Shown here piece after piece: positions 50,801 to 60,588 of a DNA stretch of 64,000 nucleotides (position 1 is its first letter; each line of letters starts with the position of its first letter). Position numbers and translations under genes: made by a program. The notes under the pieces are model-generated. The model was not told where the DNA came from, did not search any database, and saw only the letters and a list, made by a program, of their open reading frames with translations. This stretch comes from a virus: positions 93,370 to 157,369 of the IMG/VR virus record IMGVR_UViG_3300027801_002517; one strand, 5' to 3'.

Positions 50801-51612
50801 ATGGAAACTATCTTATAGCTGGGGCACCCAATTTTAGTACTGGTATTGTCCCTCAAGCCAATCGTGGGTATGTTAAATCATTCATATATAAAAATAATAA
50901 ATGGGTTACCGTACAATCTGATATTGATTCAAGTAAAAGCGATGTATTTATTGGGGGTCATACAGGCAGACGATTAGGATATGCGGTATCCATATCAAAT
51001 GATGGTACTAGAATTGCGTTTAGTGCTTTAAATGCTAGTACTGGTAAAAGTTTTGTTCAAGTTTTTGATTTAATACAACCCGATGTTTCTTTACCCAAGT
51101 GGTATTATCCAGTTAATAGGACTGGTACAAATTCTGGATATATTACGGATGGAACTAGTGATTACGGAACTAATATATCTTTAGGTGGCGATAAAATAGT
51201 TATCTCCTCAGATGAGTTAGGAATTGATATTTTAGATTTAGTAAGAACTGATTCTAGTGTTACCATTTTAGCCAATCCTCATTTGCACGGTCCTTATGCG
51301 GATGTATTTAATAGTTCATCTGACACTAAGTTATCTACTTCTCTCAAGAAGAAAAGTAAAACCGCATATTGTTTAGCATTGCGTAAGCAGGGTTTTGATT
51401 CTGCGGGCACAAAATATTCATTTTTTGTTCCAGGTCAGAAATGGTTTTTAGATCCAGATTTATTAATTCAATATCCAGACGGTATATACAAATCAATTGG
51501 ACCTTCTGTCGGTACTTCTGAATTTGAAGAGGGTTGGGCTGAAATTTCTAATGGCGAAGTCATAAAGGGTGGCACACTTATGAGTTATGACTATCCTGCA
51601 GCAAATAAGTAA
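47854..51612 (+). CDS. FG-GAP repeat beta-propeller virion protein
   Basis: FGFSADIS.DG..IIGGAP, FGFDVAI..IGAP, FGYSVAI..AVGMP, FGFSVDI..AGAP. Confidence 0.75.
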   Translation: MPTVTGVYHLRPISNITSNMDDCPFGAIDDNMFKGFNADSESAFATEYCLNDGAKSAFTSGVHRVSDIPANPGAVVSGVTLWSYSSGISTGSTGSTSIFKGGGSGVDHLVSGSVKLDNQWYHDAYGPAMATSGAHDGAWAAYKFPEYEGSGLRDSAVSNMAINLVSPPQLEDDEFRIYAAYLEVTWTQEVEFDHFLCNCPEKTGILVPNFDGTTAHNTSPNTDGDTNFVIVGGPSHRYAAMNNGVLTPDDSDYIRRAAQQGDGPSTVTAFFGFEDMPFDFDILSSGSLRIRDKGKSDLDVPNEGLKYQFFKIDETTPLTNEIIHSGQKPPGDTDIFGSFTNRLINFNLTGDIDKTSWDNALLKVTHFDPPGTPGEDKDYRISEMELLVGYIRQPIPIPFPLSSGACCSYAAKFDDNLLTPCANSLPVYPILTETNTASGLKIANSLPVASINNHIATNGSGNRVVFSRHLTNSTSDWPSGTYAQVFQENASSWDILGTPINSGSYLTETLTDHLEIVSVDMNTSGNMFAVCWKENQYIDYNSCDETPIPLNDDYHVGVYYWSDSDSNWKRRGNYISSPMSSYVYANGNGELVRNPGSFGDQIKMTSSADRIFIKNNPADPNSQQSVEAYNWDGTQWNYYSTIEVGRLDYSDRYTDGIFDVPLSEYPVAPSGDYCPAPITSGIYNYTLAFESIIDGNPDPANEYKLIRSNFASDVSIDSNDQYIIIAHANAYIHRSNDGVIKLLKKIGSSYSILNSFFGELIYQDSNNSDFHGPTESAKFGFSADISSDGKFIIGGAPAYNSNRGYVKIHYQKSVQGLDESWPHLGQEIIGNYSYSAGRFGFDVAIATGKSSETSLVSYSPVVVIGAPYVDQSGTDAGMIAIYRYKDKTAATDPWELVQEIQGPIANGKFGYSVAIDDLGETIAVGMPHTTEKGRVYIYKYNSTTDQYEIKKSILEDYPYESSFIEGDCDGDLFGFSVDINGNDGNYLIAGAPNFSTGIVPQANRGYVKSFIYKNNKWVTVQSDIDSSKSDVFIGGHTGRRLGYAVSISNDGTRIAFSALNASTGKSFVQVFDLIQPDVSLPKWYYPVNRTGTNSGYITDGTSDYGTNISLGGDKIVISSDELGIDILDLVRTDSSVTILANPHLHGPYADVFNSSSDTKLSTSLKKKSKTAYCLALRKQGFDSAGTKYSFFVPGQKWFLDPDLLIQYPDGIYKSIGPSVGTSEFEEGWAEISNGEVIKGGTLMSYDYPAANK

Positions 51613-51621
51613 GGGAATAAA

Positions 51622-53241
51622 ATGGTTACACCCCTATTTACTAGGCAAACATTCAATTTTGATATAAATGATAGTGGCGATTTACTCGTTGTGGGATTGC
51701 CATATGCCGATATTGCATCTGGAACAGCACCTAATAGACAAGCACAAAGACAAGAGAATGGTGCTTTTATAACATTCACTGATAGACCATCTGGTGATTC
51801 AGTAACTGGCTCAGGGTTTATTTCTTCGTCATATTTTAGAAATAATTTAGATACGGATGTTTCTGGTATTTCTGGTAGTTCATTTGGTCATTCTGTTTCT
51901 TTAAATGGTAAAGGTGATAGATTAGCTGTCATTGCAGATCCAAACATATTTGGTTCTGGATTATTTCATGTGTTTGAGTCTGGATCTAATAATCTGGGAA
52001 GTTGTTTATATCCTAATTCGTGGGTTGATATTAGTGTCTCAGGCGTTTCAGGTGTTCGTATTCCAAGTTCTCACTCTGCAATACAACTTGATTCATCTGG
52101 CAATTCATTAATTACACACAGAAGTAAGTTTCAAAATTTTGATTCTTATGTATCAATTGATAAGATATATAGATATGAATACAAGTATGATACTTGCTCA
52201 AGTGATTATACTTGGTATAGAACTTCTATAATAGCTAAACACGAAAATGACACATATGATCGTATTGGCTTAGGTTCACAAGCAGCATTTTCTGATAATG
52301 GTTATAGAGTTGCCGCTACATATAATGTTTCGACACTTGAAAATGGTATTGGTACTTTTCATCAATACGGAGATGTATTTCTTGTTTATAATGAAACTGA
52401 TACTGGAACGTCTTTTACTGGTTTTGAGGGTAAACCTACATTTGGTTGTGAAGACTGGGTTTATGAGGGTGATTGTTTAACGAGACCATATTCCGTTTAC
52501 ACTTCTGGTCAATTATGCACTAATGTTACATGTCTGTCTGCTCTTCCTACTACTACAAGTACTTCCACATCATTACCTCCGGGTGTTGATCCTAATCCTA
52601 CATCAACTACGAATCCTCCCACAACAACTACTTCGACTACTATTGATCCTACGACTGAAAATCCAAGTGATCCTAAAGGAGCGTGTTGTTATACAAACGA
52701 TACTCAGACAAATCTATGTCAATATGTCACGGAGGCTAAATGTGCTGAAATAGGTAACGCTCCAGATGCACTTGGGAGTTTTACTTGGCAGAAAGGTGTA
52801 GCATGTTATCCCGATCCTTGTAATAATTGTGACTGTCCTGATAGTTTTAGTGGTCCAGTATTTTATCAGAATTTAAATACCATTGAATCGAATAAGTGCA
52901 ATTTTAATACTACTATTACTGCCTTAGCGGTTACAGAAACTACTGCTTATAAAATATATGAATTTGATGGAGTTTTAGAGTGTGGAGATCATTTTTATTA
53001 TAAAGCAAGATGTTTAAGGGGTGTTCCAGCTCCTGCCGAAGACGGAGATGCTCATAAGTGGGAAATTTTACAGGTACATATGGACTGTTTTAATAATTTT
53101 AAATGGAGACGTAGTACACAAGCTGATAAAGAACTTTTTAGTACATTCAATCATCATGGAACATGTACAGATCCTCCAACTTTTACTGTTACGCACACTT
53201 CAGATGGATATGATTATTGTAATTGTTGTGATAGTAAGTAG
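51622..53241 (+). CDS. FG-GAP-like blades, Thr/Pro linker and Cys-rich (GACC) domain
   Basis: FGHSVSLNGKGDRLAV, PTTTSTST linker, KGACC...C. Confidence 0.65.
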   Translation: MVTPLFTRQTFNFDINDSGDLLVVGLPYADIASGTAPNRQAQRQENGAFITFTDRPSGDSVTGSGFISSSYFRNNLDTDVSGISGSSFGHSVSLNGKGDRLAVIADPNIFGSGLFHVFESGSNNLGSCLYPNSWVDISVSGVSGVRIPSSHSAIQLDSSGNSLITHRSKFQNFDSYVSIDKIYRYEYKYDTCSSDYTWYRTSIIAKHENDTYDRIGLGSQAAFSDNGYRVAATYNVSTLENGIGTFHQYGDVFLVYNETDTGTSFTGFEGKPTFGCEDWVYEGDCLTRPYSVYTSGQLCTNVTCLSALPTTTSTSTSLPPGVDPNPTSTTNPPTTTTSTTIDPTTENPSDPKGACCYTNDTQTNLCQYVTEAKCAEIGNAPDALGSFTWQKGVACYPDPCNNCDCPDSFSGPVFYQNLNTIESNKCNFNTTITALAVTETTAYKIYEFDGVLECGDHFYYKARCLRGVPAPAEDGDAHKWEILQVHMDCFNNFKWRRSTQADKELFSTFNHHGTCTDPPTFTVTHTSDGYDYCNCCDSK

Positions 53242-53250
53242 GCAAAACTT

Positions 53251-54279
53251 ATGAAACTAACAATAGGAATGGCACACCACGATGATTTTCATGGTGCTTA
53301 TTTTACAATCCAAGATATAAGGAAAGAGTTATCTTTCAATGGTAGAGACGATATATTAAATAATATTGAATTTCTTGTTGTGGACAATAATCCTCATAGT
53401 AAGCATGGTCAAGCATTAAGTAGTTTTTTACGAAACCAGGTGCCTAATAGTAAGTATATTAGACATAGTTCTACTGTTGGTACTTCCGTATCAAGAAATA
53501 AGATAGTCGAAGAAGCAAGTGGCGATTTTGTATTAATTATGGATTGCCATGTTTTACTATGTCCATCAACTTATGTAATAACTAAGTTATTTAGATTTTT
53601 AGATAAGAATCCAAATACTAAAGATTTATATTCAGGGCCGCTTGTTTATGATAACCTCAAGAACAATTCAACACATTATAATGACGGTTGGGGAGCAGAG
53701 ATGTGGGGTAAATGGGGTTCTACATTTTCCTGTCAATGCGGTGAAAACTTTTCTTTGAGACAAAGGGGGGATTCTGGAAATTGTGACTATGTTCATCTTC
53801 TCTCGCAAGTTCCGTTAGAAAAGTGTATAAAATGTAATAAAGAATATCCCAAAATATCTTATTTTAGCAATGAAAAAACACTTAAAGATCTTGGCTATTA
53901 TCAACTTGGATTTAAAGATGATCCACCATTTGAGATTTTTGGTCAAGGTTTAGGTTTATTTTTAACAAAAAAAGATACTTGGTTAGGGTTTAACCCGCAC
54001 TGTAGAGGTTTTGGTGGAGAAGAAATTTATATTCATACCAAATACAGAAATTATGGTCGCAAAGCAATCTGTCTGCCTTTCTTAAGATGGCTTCATAGAT
54101 TTACTCGTCCAGATGGTGTTAGTTATCCCCTTACTTTAGAAAACAAAGCAAGAAATTATGTCTTAGAATTTGTCGAGCTTGGTTTAGATTTACAGCCAAT
54201 TTATGATAATTTCCATAGGCTACCAAAAGAAGTTATAGATTCTTTTGTTTATGAAGCAAAAAACATATATCATTCATAA
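53251..54279 (+). CDS. Glycosyltransferase family 2
   Basis: LTIGM, EFLVVDN, SRN...EASGDFVLIMDCH, GFGGEE; Cys-rich insertion. Confidence 0.85.
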   Translation: MKLTIGMAHHDDFHGAYFTIQDIRKELSFNGRDDILNNIEFLVVDNNPHSKHGQALSSFLRNQVPNSKYIRHSSTVGTSVSRNKIVEEASGDFVLIMDCHVLLCPSTYVITKLFRFLDKNPNTKDLYSGPLVYDNLKNNSTHYNDGWGAEMWGKWGSTFSCQCGENFSLRQRGDSGNCDYVHLLSQVPLEKCIKCNKEYPKISYFSNEKTLKDLGYYQLGFKDDPPFEIFGQGLGLFLTKKDTWLGFNPHCRGFGGEEIYIHTKYRNYGRKAICLPFLRWLHRFTRPDGVSYPLTLENKARNYVLEFVELGLDLQPIYDNFHRLPKEVIDSFVYEAKNIYHS

Positions 54280-54291
54280 TAGGAAAATATT

Positions 54292-57219
54292 ATGGCTCTT
54301 GTAATATCAGATAGAGTAAAAGAAACATCGGTTACTACTGGTACTGGTACTATTACTTTCAATGGTACGTATGGTGGTTTTCAATCATTCTTAAGTGGCA
54401 TTGGTGATGGTAACACCACTTATTATGCTATTGAAAATGATACATCTTGGGAGGTTGGTATTGGAACATATACTCAATCTTCTAATACATTATCACGAGA
54501 TACTATTTTAAAAAGTTCTGATAGCAACAGTGCTATTTCTCTTAATGGTGTGTCACGAGTTTTTTGCACTTATCCCGCAGATAGAGCAGTTTATTTAGAT
54601 GCTGATGGAAACATTGAATTTACTTCATCTGGAGTTTTTGAGCATATTTCTGTTACTAGTCTTGCACAACTTAGTAATGTAAACACGAGTGGCTTGCTTA
54701 CAGTCAGTGGTGATTTACTATTCAAGCCTAATGATCAAAACAATAATATATTTACTATGCAGAGAAGTTCTTCTGGTAATTTTTTCCATGCCTATGTTGA
54801 CGATACTTATGATAGAACTCTTGCTTTACATACAGATGGAGGCACATCTCCTACTTGGACATTAGGTTTAAAATCAAATCCAAACTCTGTGGTTGAAGCT
54901 CCAAACCATGCTTATATTTATGGTGTAGATGGTGATATGGGCATTGTTGCCAATTCACATAATGATGTGACAATTTCAAATACGACTGGATTTAACGTAA
55001 AACATAAAAATTCTACTATTCTAAAATCAAGCACTGTTACTGGCGTACACATAGATTCTGTTGCGACGGCTTACCCCGCTCTGACGATTAATGGAGGGGC
55101 AGCTCTCGCTACTAATATCCAAGAGTGGACAACATCTGCTGGTAGTGTATTATCTGTTGTCGATAAAGATGGAAATTTTGGCATTGGAAAAGATAATGCT
55201 GCTTATGAGCTTGATGTTGATGGTAGTGGCAAATTTGGTCAAATATGTTTAACTACTGGTATCATTTTTCCTGACGGTACGGCTCAAACTACTGGGTTTT
55301 CTGGAGTATTTAACTACAGTGCTGATATTGCAAATAATACTGCTTCTGGAGTTTCGGATTCTGGATATTTTGAGCATAGAATTAATACTCTTCCAGGTTC
55401 CATTGATTACTCGTCTCAGATTCTTGCTAATAGCCAGTCTGGAGTTGCTATTTCTGGATGGGCTTTTCAAACAATAATTAATAGTGGTGTAGCAGTTAGT
55501 GGTTGGGCTGGCTCTACAATGTCTATATTAGATACCGCTATAAGCGGTTGGGTTACTGAGACATTCATTACTAGTGATACCAATACTACATATACAGCCG
55601 GTTCTGGTTTAGAATTAGTAGGTACTGTTTTTCATTCTACAGATTCCAATAAAATATTATCTAATAGTGCTAGTGGTGTTGCTATATCTGGCTGGGCATC
55701 TGAAACGATTACAAATAGTGGTGTGGCTGTAAGCGGTTGGGCTGCTTATGGAATTTCTGCTAATACAACAAATATATCTGCAAACACAGCAAATATCACT
55801 CTTAATGATACCGATATTGCTACAAATAGTGCTTCAGGTGTTGCTATATCTGGTTGGGCTGCACAAACAATTACAAATAGCGGTGTCGCTGTGAGTGGAT
55901 GGGCAGCTTATGGGCTTTCCAATAACACAACAAACATATCTACCAATACGGCGAATATTTCTTCTAATAATGTAGATATTTCTGCCAATACCGCTTCAGG
56001 TGTTGCCATTTCTGGTTGGGCTACACAAACAATCATAAACAGCGGAGTTGCCGTAAGTGGCTGGGCAAACGCAACATTTAGTACCAATACTAATGTTGAT
56101 TCTGTTAGTGGTTGGGCAAATAGCACATTTGATACTAAAGCAAACACTGCCTCGATTAGTGGTTATGCAGAAGCAATTGCTGGAGCTGGTGCTAGTTATA
56201 GTTGGTCTATTAGTGATGGTACAGTTGCCGCAGATATTATATCAAATACTCAAACTGTAGTTATTAGTGGTATCAGTGGTATAAATACAGAGTATGTTGC
56301 TGGAGGTAATCTGTTAAAACTTTCGGGTGGTAGTCTTAGTGGTTGGGCGTCAGAAACTATAATTAATAGCGGAGTTGCCGTAAGTGGTTGGGCAAATTCG
56401 ACTATGTCTGCATTAGACACTACTGTGAGTGGTTGGGCAAGTGAAACTATAATTAATAGTGGTGTAGCAGTTAGTGGTTGGGCTAATGGTACATTTAGTA
56501 CAAGTTCTCATGTAAGTAATGTCAGTGGCTGGGCATTACAGACAATAATTAATAGTGGTGTTGCTGTGAGTGGTTGGGCAAACGAAACATTTGATACTAC
56601 ATCTAATACTACTGCAATCAGTGGTTGGGCAAGCGAAACCATCATTAATAGTGGTGTTGCTGTGAGTGGCTGGGCTAATTCTACTATGTCTTCGCTTGAT
56701 ACTGCGATTAGCGGTTGGGCATCAGAAACAATCATAAACAGCGGAGTTGCCGTAAGTGGCTGGGCTAATTCTACATTCATTACCTCAGATACTAATACAA
56801 CTTATACTGGTGGTAGTGGACTAACATTAATTGGAACTGAATTTAATGTTTCGTCTTTAGGTGGTAGTGGATCACTTGAAGGTTTGATCGTTGATAAAGC
56901 TATTAAAAGTATAATCAACACTGAAGCAGATGGTGCAACTATTACATTTGATATGAATGAGGCTAATACTCATATGGCCACATTGGGTGGCAATAGAATA
57001 ATTGCTATCTCTAATGCAGCTTCGGGTCAAAAGTTTATGTTGAGGCTTAAGCAAGATTCTTCTGGTAGTCGTACAGTAACATGGTTTAGCACTATCTATT
57101 GGGCAGAAGGCGGTTCTGCTCCTACTCTTACTACAACTGCTAATAAAGCAGATGTGCTTGGGTTTTTAAGCACTAGCGGCGGATATTATGATGGGTTCGT
57201 GATTGGTCAAAACATATAA
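54292..57219 (+). CDS. Tail fibre-like protein with NSGVAVSGWA repeats
   Basis: N-terminal DRVKETS.TTGTG module; more than 20 SGWA units; C-terminal QD.SGSRTVTW..W..G.APTLTT..DV module. Confidence 0.8.
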   Translation: MALVISDRVKETSVTTGTGTITFNGTYGGFQSFLSGIGDGNTTYYAIENDTSWEVGIGTYTQSSNTLSRDTILKSSDSNSAISLNGVSRVFCTYPADRAVYLDADGNIEFTSSGVFEHISVTSLAQLSNVNTSGLLTVSGDLLFKPNDQNNNIFTMQRSSSGNFFHAYVDDTYDRTLALHTDGGTSPTWTLGLKSNPNSVVEAPNHAYIYGVDGDMGIVANSHNDVTISNTTGFNVKHKNSTILKSSTVTGVHIDSVATAYPALTINGGAALATNIQEWTTSAGSVLSVVDKDGNFGIGKDNAAYELDVDGSGKFGQICLTTGIIFPDGTAQTTGFSGVFNYSADIANNTASGVSDSGYFEHRINTLPGSIDYSSQILANSQSGVAISGWAFQTIINSGVAVSGWAGSTMSILDTAISGWVTETFITSDTNTTYTAGSGLELVGTVFHSTDSNKILSNSASGVAISGWASETITNSGVAVSGWAAYGISANTTNISANTANITLNDTDIATNSASGVAISGWAAQTITNSGVAVSGWAAYGLSNNTTNISTNTANISSNNVDISANTASGVAISGWATQTIINSGVAVSGWANATFSTNTNVDSVSGWANSTFDTKANTASISGYAEAIAGAGASYSWSISDGTVAADIISNTQTVVISGISGINTEYVAGGNLLKLSGGSLSGWASETIINSGVAVSGWANSTMSALDTTVSGWASETIINSGVAVSGWANGTFSTSSHVSNVSGWALQTIINSGVAVSGWANETFDTTSNTTAISGWASETIINSGVAVSGWANSTMSSLDTAISGWASETIINSGVAVSGWANSTFITSDTNTTYTGGSGLTLIGTEFNVSSLGGSGSLEGLIVDKAIKSIINTEADGATITFDMNEANTHMATLGGNRIIAISNAASGQKFMLRLKQDSSGSRTVTWFSTIYWAEGGSAPTLTTTANKADVLGFLSTSGGYYDGFVIGQNI

Positions 57220-57949
57220 GGGAATAAAACAAATGCCAATGATGGAAAAATTTCTTGTTGTATGTTCTGTGCGGGTGCAAGATATACAAGAAGCCCGCAT
57301 AACTATTGAATCCATGTGTCGTCATACAATGAGAGGACATATTATTTCAGGATTTGGTGTAGAAGATAGTTTGCAGTATCTGTGTAATTCAACTGGTGCT
57401 GGTGATCCTACACATTGTCTTTGTTTTAGTAGTCATACAGATTTTTATATTAATAAATGGAGAGGATTAGAGTATGAGTATCGTATTAGAGACAAATGTC
57501 CCTCCTATTTTTGCGATAAAGTAGAATCAGAAGAAAGTTACTTGTCAGCCATGAATTTAAAAAAGATAGAAAAATAGGAGGATATGATGGCACTTTATGA
57601 TAGATTTAGAGGGCGTAATGATGATGGGGCGGATGTCCCAAAATTACCAATTTGGCCCACAATTACTACTGTGGCCGAGATTTTGTCTGGTGAAATAACA
57701 GACGCTGAAGCTATTGAAAGATTTAATCTTGATGCTGGTGATCAAGTTGAATTCGCTCAGATTAAAACCAAAGTTGTAGACGATATCACCGCGATGACAA
57801 CTTCGTTAGCTACTATTGGTTTAGATGTACCAACAGCTACTACAATTGCAAAAGCCGTGGCCCGTAATAGTTTTACCCAAACATTAATGAAGGCAGAACT
57901 GGGGTATGACACAAGAGTATCATTTAATACAGATATGGGGATTTCCTAA
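57203..57949 (+). other. Two hypothetical genes (57203..57577, 57584..57949)
   Basis: ORFs with RBS. Confidence 0.55.
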
Positions 57950-59193
57950 TGGCTCTGATAGCGGAAAGTAAAGGTTTTACTGTTCCAGATGAAGATACTA
58001 CAGATTGCGTAAGTCTTACTTCGTCTGTTTGGGGTTCGGAAGCTCCCAAGACACATTTACTGTTTGGTATGGGTAATAGTGCTGCTGCGGTAAACACCGA
58101 TATGAAGAACAGTATTGGTTGGTCTGATGGTACTGACAATGTTGCGATTGGTAACGGTAGTGCGAATGGGCAAGGTACGTCTATCTGCAATCGTACACAC
58201 CAAACTGCTTATACTGCCCATCCTTTAGGTCTTAATGGAGGGACTTACGAAAGGGCTGTACAAAGTTCATATTCTAATGCTCCCAGAGTTTGTCATACTT
58301 GGAGTAATTCGGCTAATGATGCTTATAATTATTGGCTTATGGCTTTAGGTGGCGACGATGTAGAAAACGTATCGATTGATGTAATTTCGTCTCCAACTAG
58401 TGCTGGAGATGTTAGTTATACTGGTCCCGGATTTGAGCCTGACTTTTTATTGGTTTTTGCTATGCAGGCACATACTACGGGACTACCTAATGAAGCGATT
58501 CATTCAGTCCAAAACTTTGGGTTTAGCGATGGTACTACGGATGCATGTAATTATAATGTGTCTTTAGATGGAGTGGCTACCAGCGTTACAAAATCAGTAC
58601 ATTCTGCAAAATTCATTCAAATTCAATCCGCAGGCACGGGGGCTGATATTAATGTGGCGACAGTAAAGAGTTTAGATAGCAGTGGTTATACTATCAATTG
58701 GAGTTCTGTGATTTCCACCGCCCTATATTACAGCATTGTTGCGGTCAAAGGTCCGGCAGCTAAAGTTGTCACAACTACACAACCCGCCAGCAACACAACT
58801 AATGATTTAGATGCTGGATTTGTTCCAAAAGCTGGAATTTGTATGGGGGCGATGAAGACCGCTTCTCAAACACCATCAGATCATAATAGGTTCACAATTG
58901 GTACTTGGGATGAACAAGACAATATGGATGCTGGTGGTTGGATGGATGAAAATGGCCAAAGCACCACAGATGTTGATAGGTATATTTCTAATGCTTACAG
59001 TATTGTGAATTATAATCATGCTCAAACTGTGGTGGGCAGAGCTACCGTAGCGGCAGAGGGTGATGGTATAAGGGAAACTTGGAGTTCTACAAATGGAACC
59101 CAGTATGCTCATTCGTGGTTATTGCTAGGTGATACGCCATCTGAAGCATCTACCTCTAAGCCGCAACTGTTTTCTTTATTTGTGGATTTGTAG
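57949..59193 (+). CDS. Putative virion protein with internally repeated beta domains
   Basis: GFEPD / GFVPK repeats; S/T/G-rich. Confidence 0.55.
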   Translation: MALIAESKGFTVPDEDTTDCVSLTSSVWGSEAPKTHLLFGMGNSAAAVNTDMKNSIGWSDGTDNVAIGNGSANGQGTSICNRTHQTAYTAHPLGLNGGTYERAVQSSYSNAPRVCHTWSNSANDAYNYWLMALGGDDVENVSIDVISSPTSAGDVSYTGPGFEPDFLLVFAMQAHTTGLPNEAIHSVQNFGFSDGTTDACNYNVSLDGVATSVTKSVHSAKFIQIQSAGTGADINVATVKSLDSSGYTINWSSVISTALYYSIVAVKGPAAKVVTTTQPASNTTNDLDAGFVPKAGICMGAMKTASQTPSDHNRFTIGTWDEQDNMDAGGWMDENGQSTTDVDRYISNAYSIVNYNHAQTVVGRATVAAEGDGIRETWSSTNGTQYAHSWLLLGDTPSEASTSKPQLFSLFVDL

Positions 59194-59241
59194 TAATTTA
59201 AGTGTATAAATATCTGTTAGATTTATTTTTGGGGGTTAGTC

Positions 59242-59538
59242 ATGGCACAGTTTTCCGTAGAAATTAATGATGCAGACGTGTCTAGAGTACTAGATGCTAT
59301 ATCTGCTAATTATAATAGGCCAGATACAGTTTCAAATCCTGGTTTTAATGCATCTCTTCCAGAAAGTGAATCGAACTCAAGAACTATTAGTAATCCAGAA
59401 AGTAAATCTGTATTTGCTAATAGAAAAGTTAGGGATTTTTTAAGTGAGCATGTAGATGCATATGAGGCTAAAGTAGCTAAGAAAGCAGCATTAGATGCAC
59501 TTCCCACAAGTATTACAATCTTAGATCCACAATTATAG
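59242..59538 (+). CDS. Hypothetical structural-region protein
   Basis: Follows the GTGTATAA motif at 59202. Confidence 0.6.
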   Translation: MAQFSVEINDADVSRVLDAISANYNRPDTVSNPGFNASLPESESNSRTISNPESKSVFANRKVRDFLSEHVDAYEAKVAKKAALDALPTSITILDPQL

Positions 59539-59546
59539 GAAATATA

Positions 59547-59743
59547 ATGAATTTTGGTGATACAACATTTAGTGAATTACCAATAGCATCCACTAAAGAG
59601 ATGTTTAATACACATAATGGTGAAGTATTTTCAATAGTTTTATCTATTCAAACTCATAAAGAAGTCAATTTGGATCTTAATTAATGATTATAGAATTTAT
59701 TTTAACAATAAATACTTCTGAGTCAATTGATTTGCTGAGGTAA
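59547..59743 (+). other. Two tiny ORFs (45 aa, 59547..59684; 19 aa, 59684..59743)
   Basis: MNFGDTTFSELPIA...; TAATG coupling; AGGA RBS. Confidence 0.45.
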
Positions 59744-59745
59744 TT

Positions 59746-60060
59746 ATGGCTAGTCAAATACATGTAGGCGATGTTGGTACTCGTTTTTTAGTCACTGTTA
59801 AAGATGACTCTTCAACAGTAGATCTGAGCGATTCTACATTAAAGCAGTTAAATTTTAGAAAACCAGATGATTCTGTTATATACCGGGATACATCTTTTAT
59901 TTCAGGTGGTAGTCAAGCATCTGGTGTTATGTATTATAATACAGTTGCTGGTGATTTAGATCAAGCTGGTAGTTATAAATTACAAGGAAAAGTTACAATA
60001 CCCAGTGGAACTTATTATACAGATATTCATACTTTTAAAGTGTACTGTAACTTGGAGTAA
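59746..60060 (+). CDS. BppU-N-like baseplate/adaptor domain protein
   Basis: GDVGT.F.VTVKD..VDLS...FRKPD...Y...GDLDQAG.Y.LQ. Confidence 0.6.
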   Translation: MASQIHVGDVGTRFLVTVKDDSSTVDLSDSTLKQLNFRKPDDSVIYRDTSFISGGSQASGVMYYNTVAGDLDQAGSYKLQGKVTIPSGTYYTDIHTFKVYCNLE

Positions 60061-60063
60061 AAT

Positions 60064-60576
60064 ATGTCTTGGCAAGGTCAAATGTCCACAATTGTTAGGC
60101 ATCTAATCAATGATGTGGATGCTACAAGCTATAAATTTTCAGCAGAAAGAATAGAAACTACTATTCTTGTGGCTGCACAGCTTACAACTATGAATGTGGA
60201 TTTTCCTAACACTTATACATTAAATGTAGAACAATGTAAATTATCACCAGATCCAACAGATGCTGACACATTAGATACAGCATTTATTGCTTTGATATCA
60301 TTGCGGTCTGCGTGTATTATCATTGGAAGTGAAATTAGAAGTGAATCTGGTAATGCTATTTCAATTAAGGATGGTCCATCTTCAATTGATTTGAGAGGTG
60401 TTACAAATACCTTAATTATTTTATATAAAGATGTGTGTGAAAAATATGAACATAATTTACTAGAATACAGGGCTGGTAATGCAGTTGCTGGACATGCAAT
60501 CCTTGGGCCTTACAGTCCTGGTTCTGATTTTGTTAGACATAATAATCTAGGTCATAGATCTGGTGGAAATTTTTAA
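60064..60576 (+). CDS. Putative head-tail adaptor
   Basis: VRHLIND...Y.FS pattern; size and position. Confidence 0.45.
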   Translation: MSWQGQMSTIVRHLINDVDATSYKFSAERIETTILVAAQLTTMNVDFPNTYTLNVEQCKLSPDPTDADTLDTAFIALISLRSACIIIGSEIRSESGNAISIKDGPSSIDLRGVTNTLIILYKDVCEKYEHNLLEYRAGNAVAGHAILGPYSPGSDFVRHNNLGHRSGGNF

Positions 60577-60588
60577 GGGAGAGTTATA

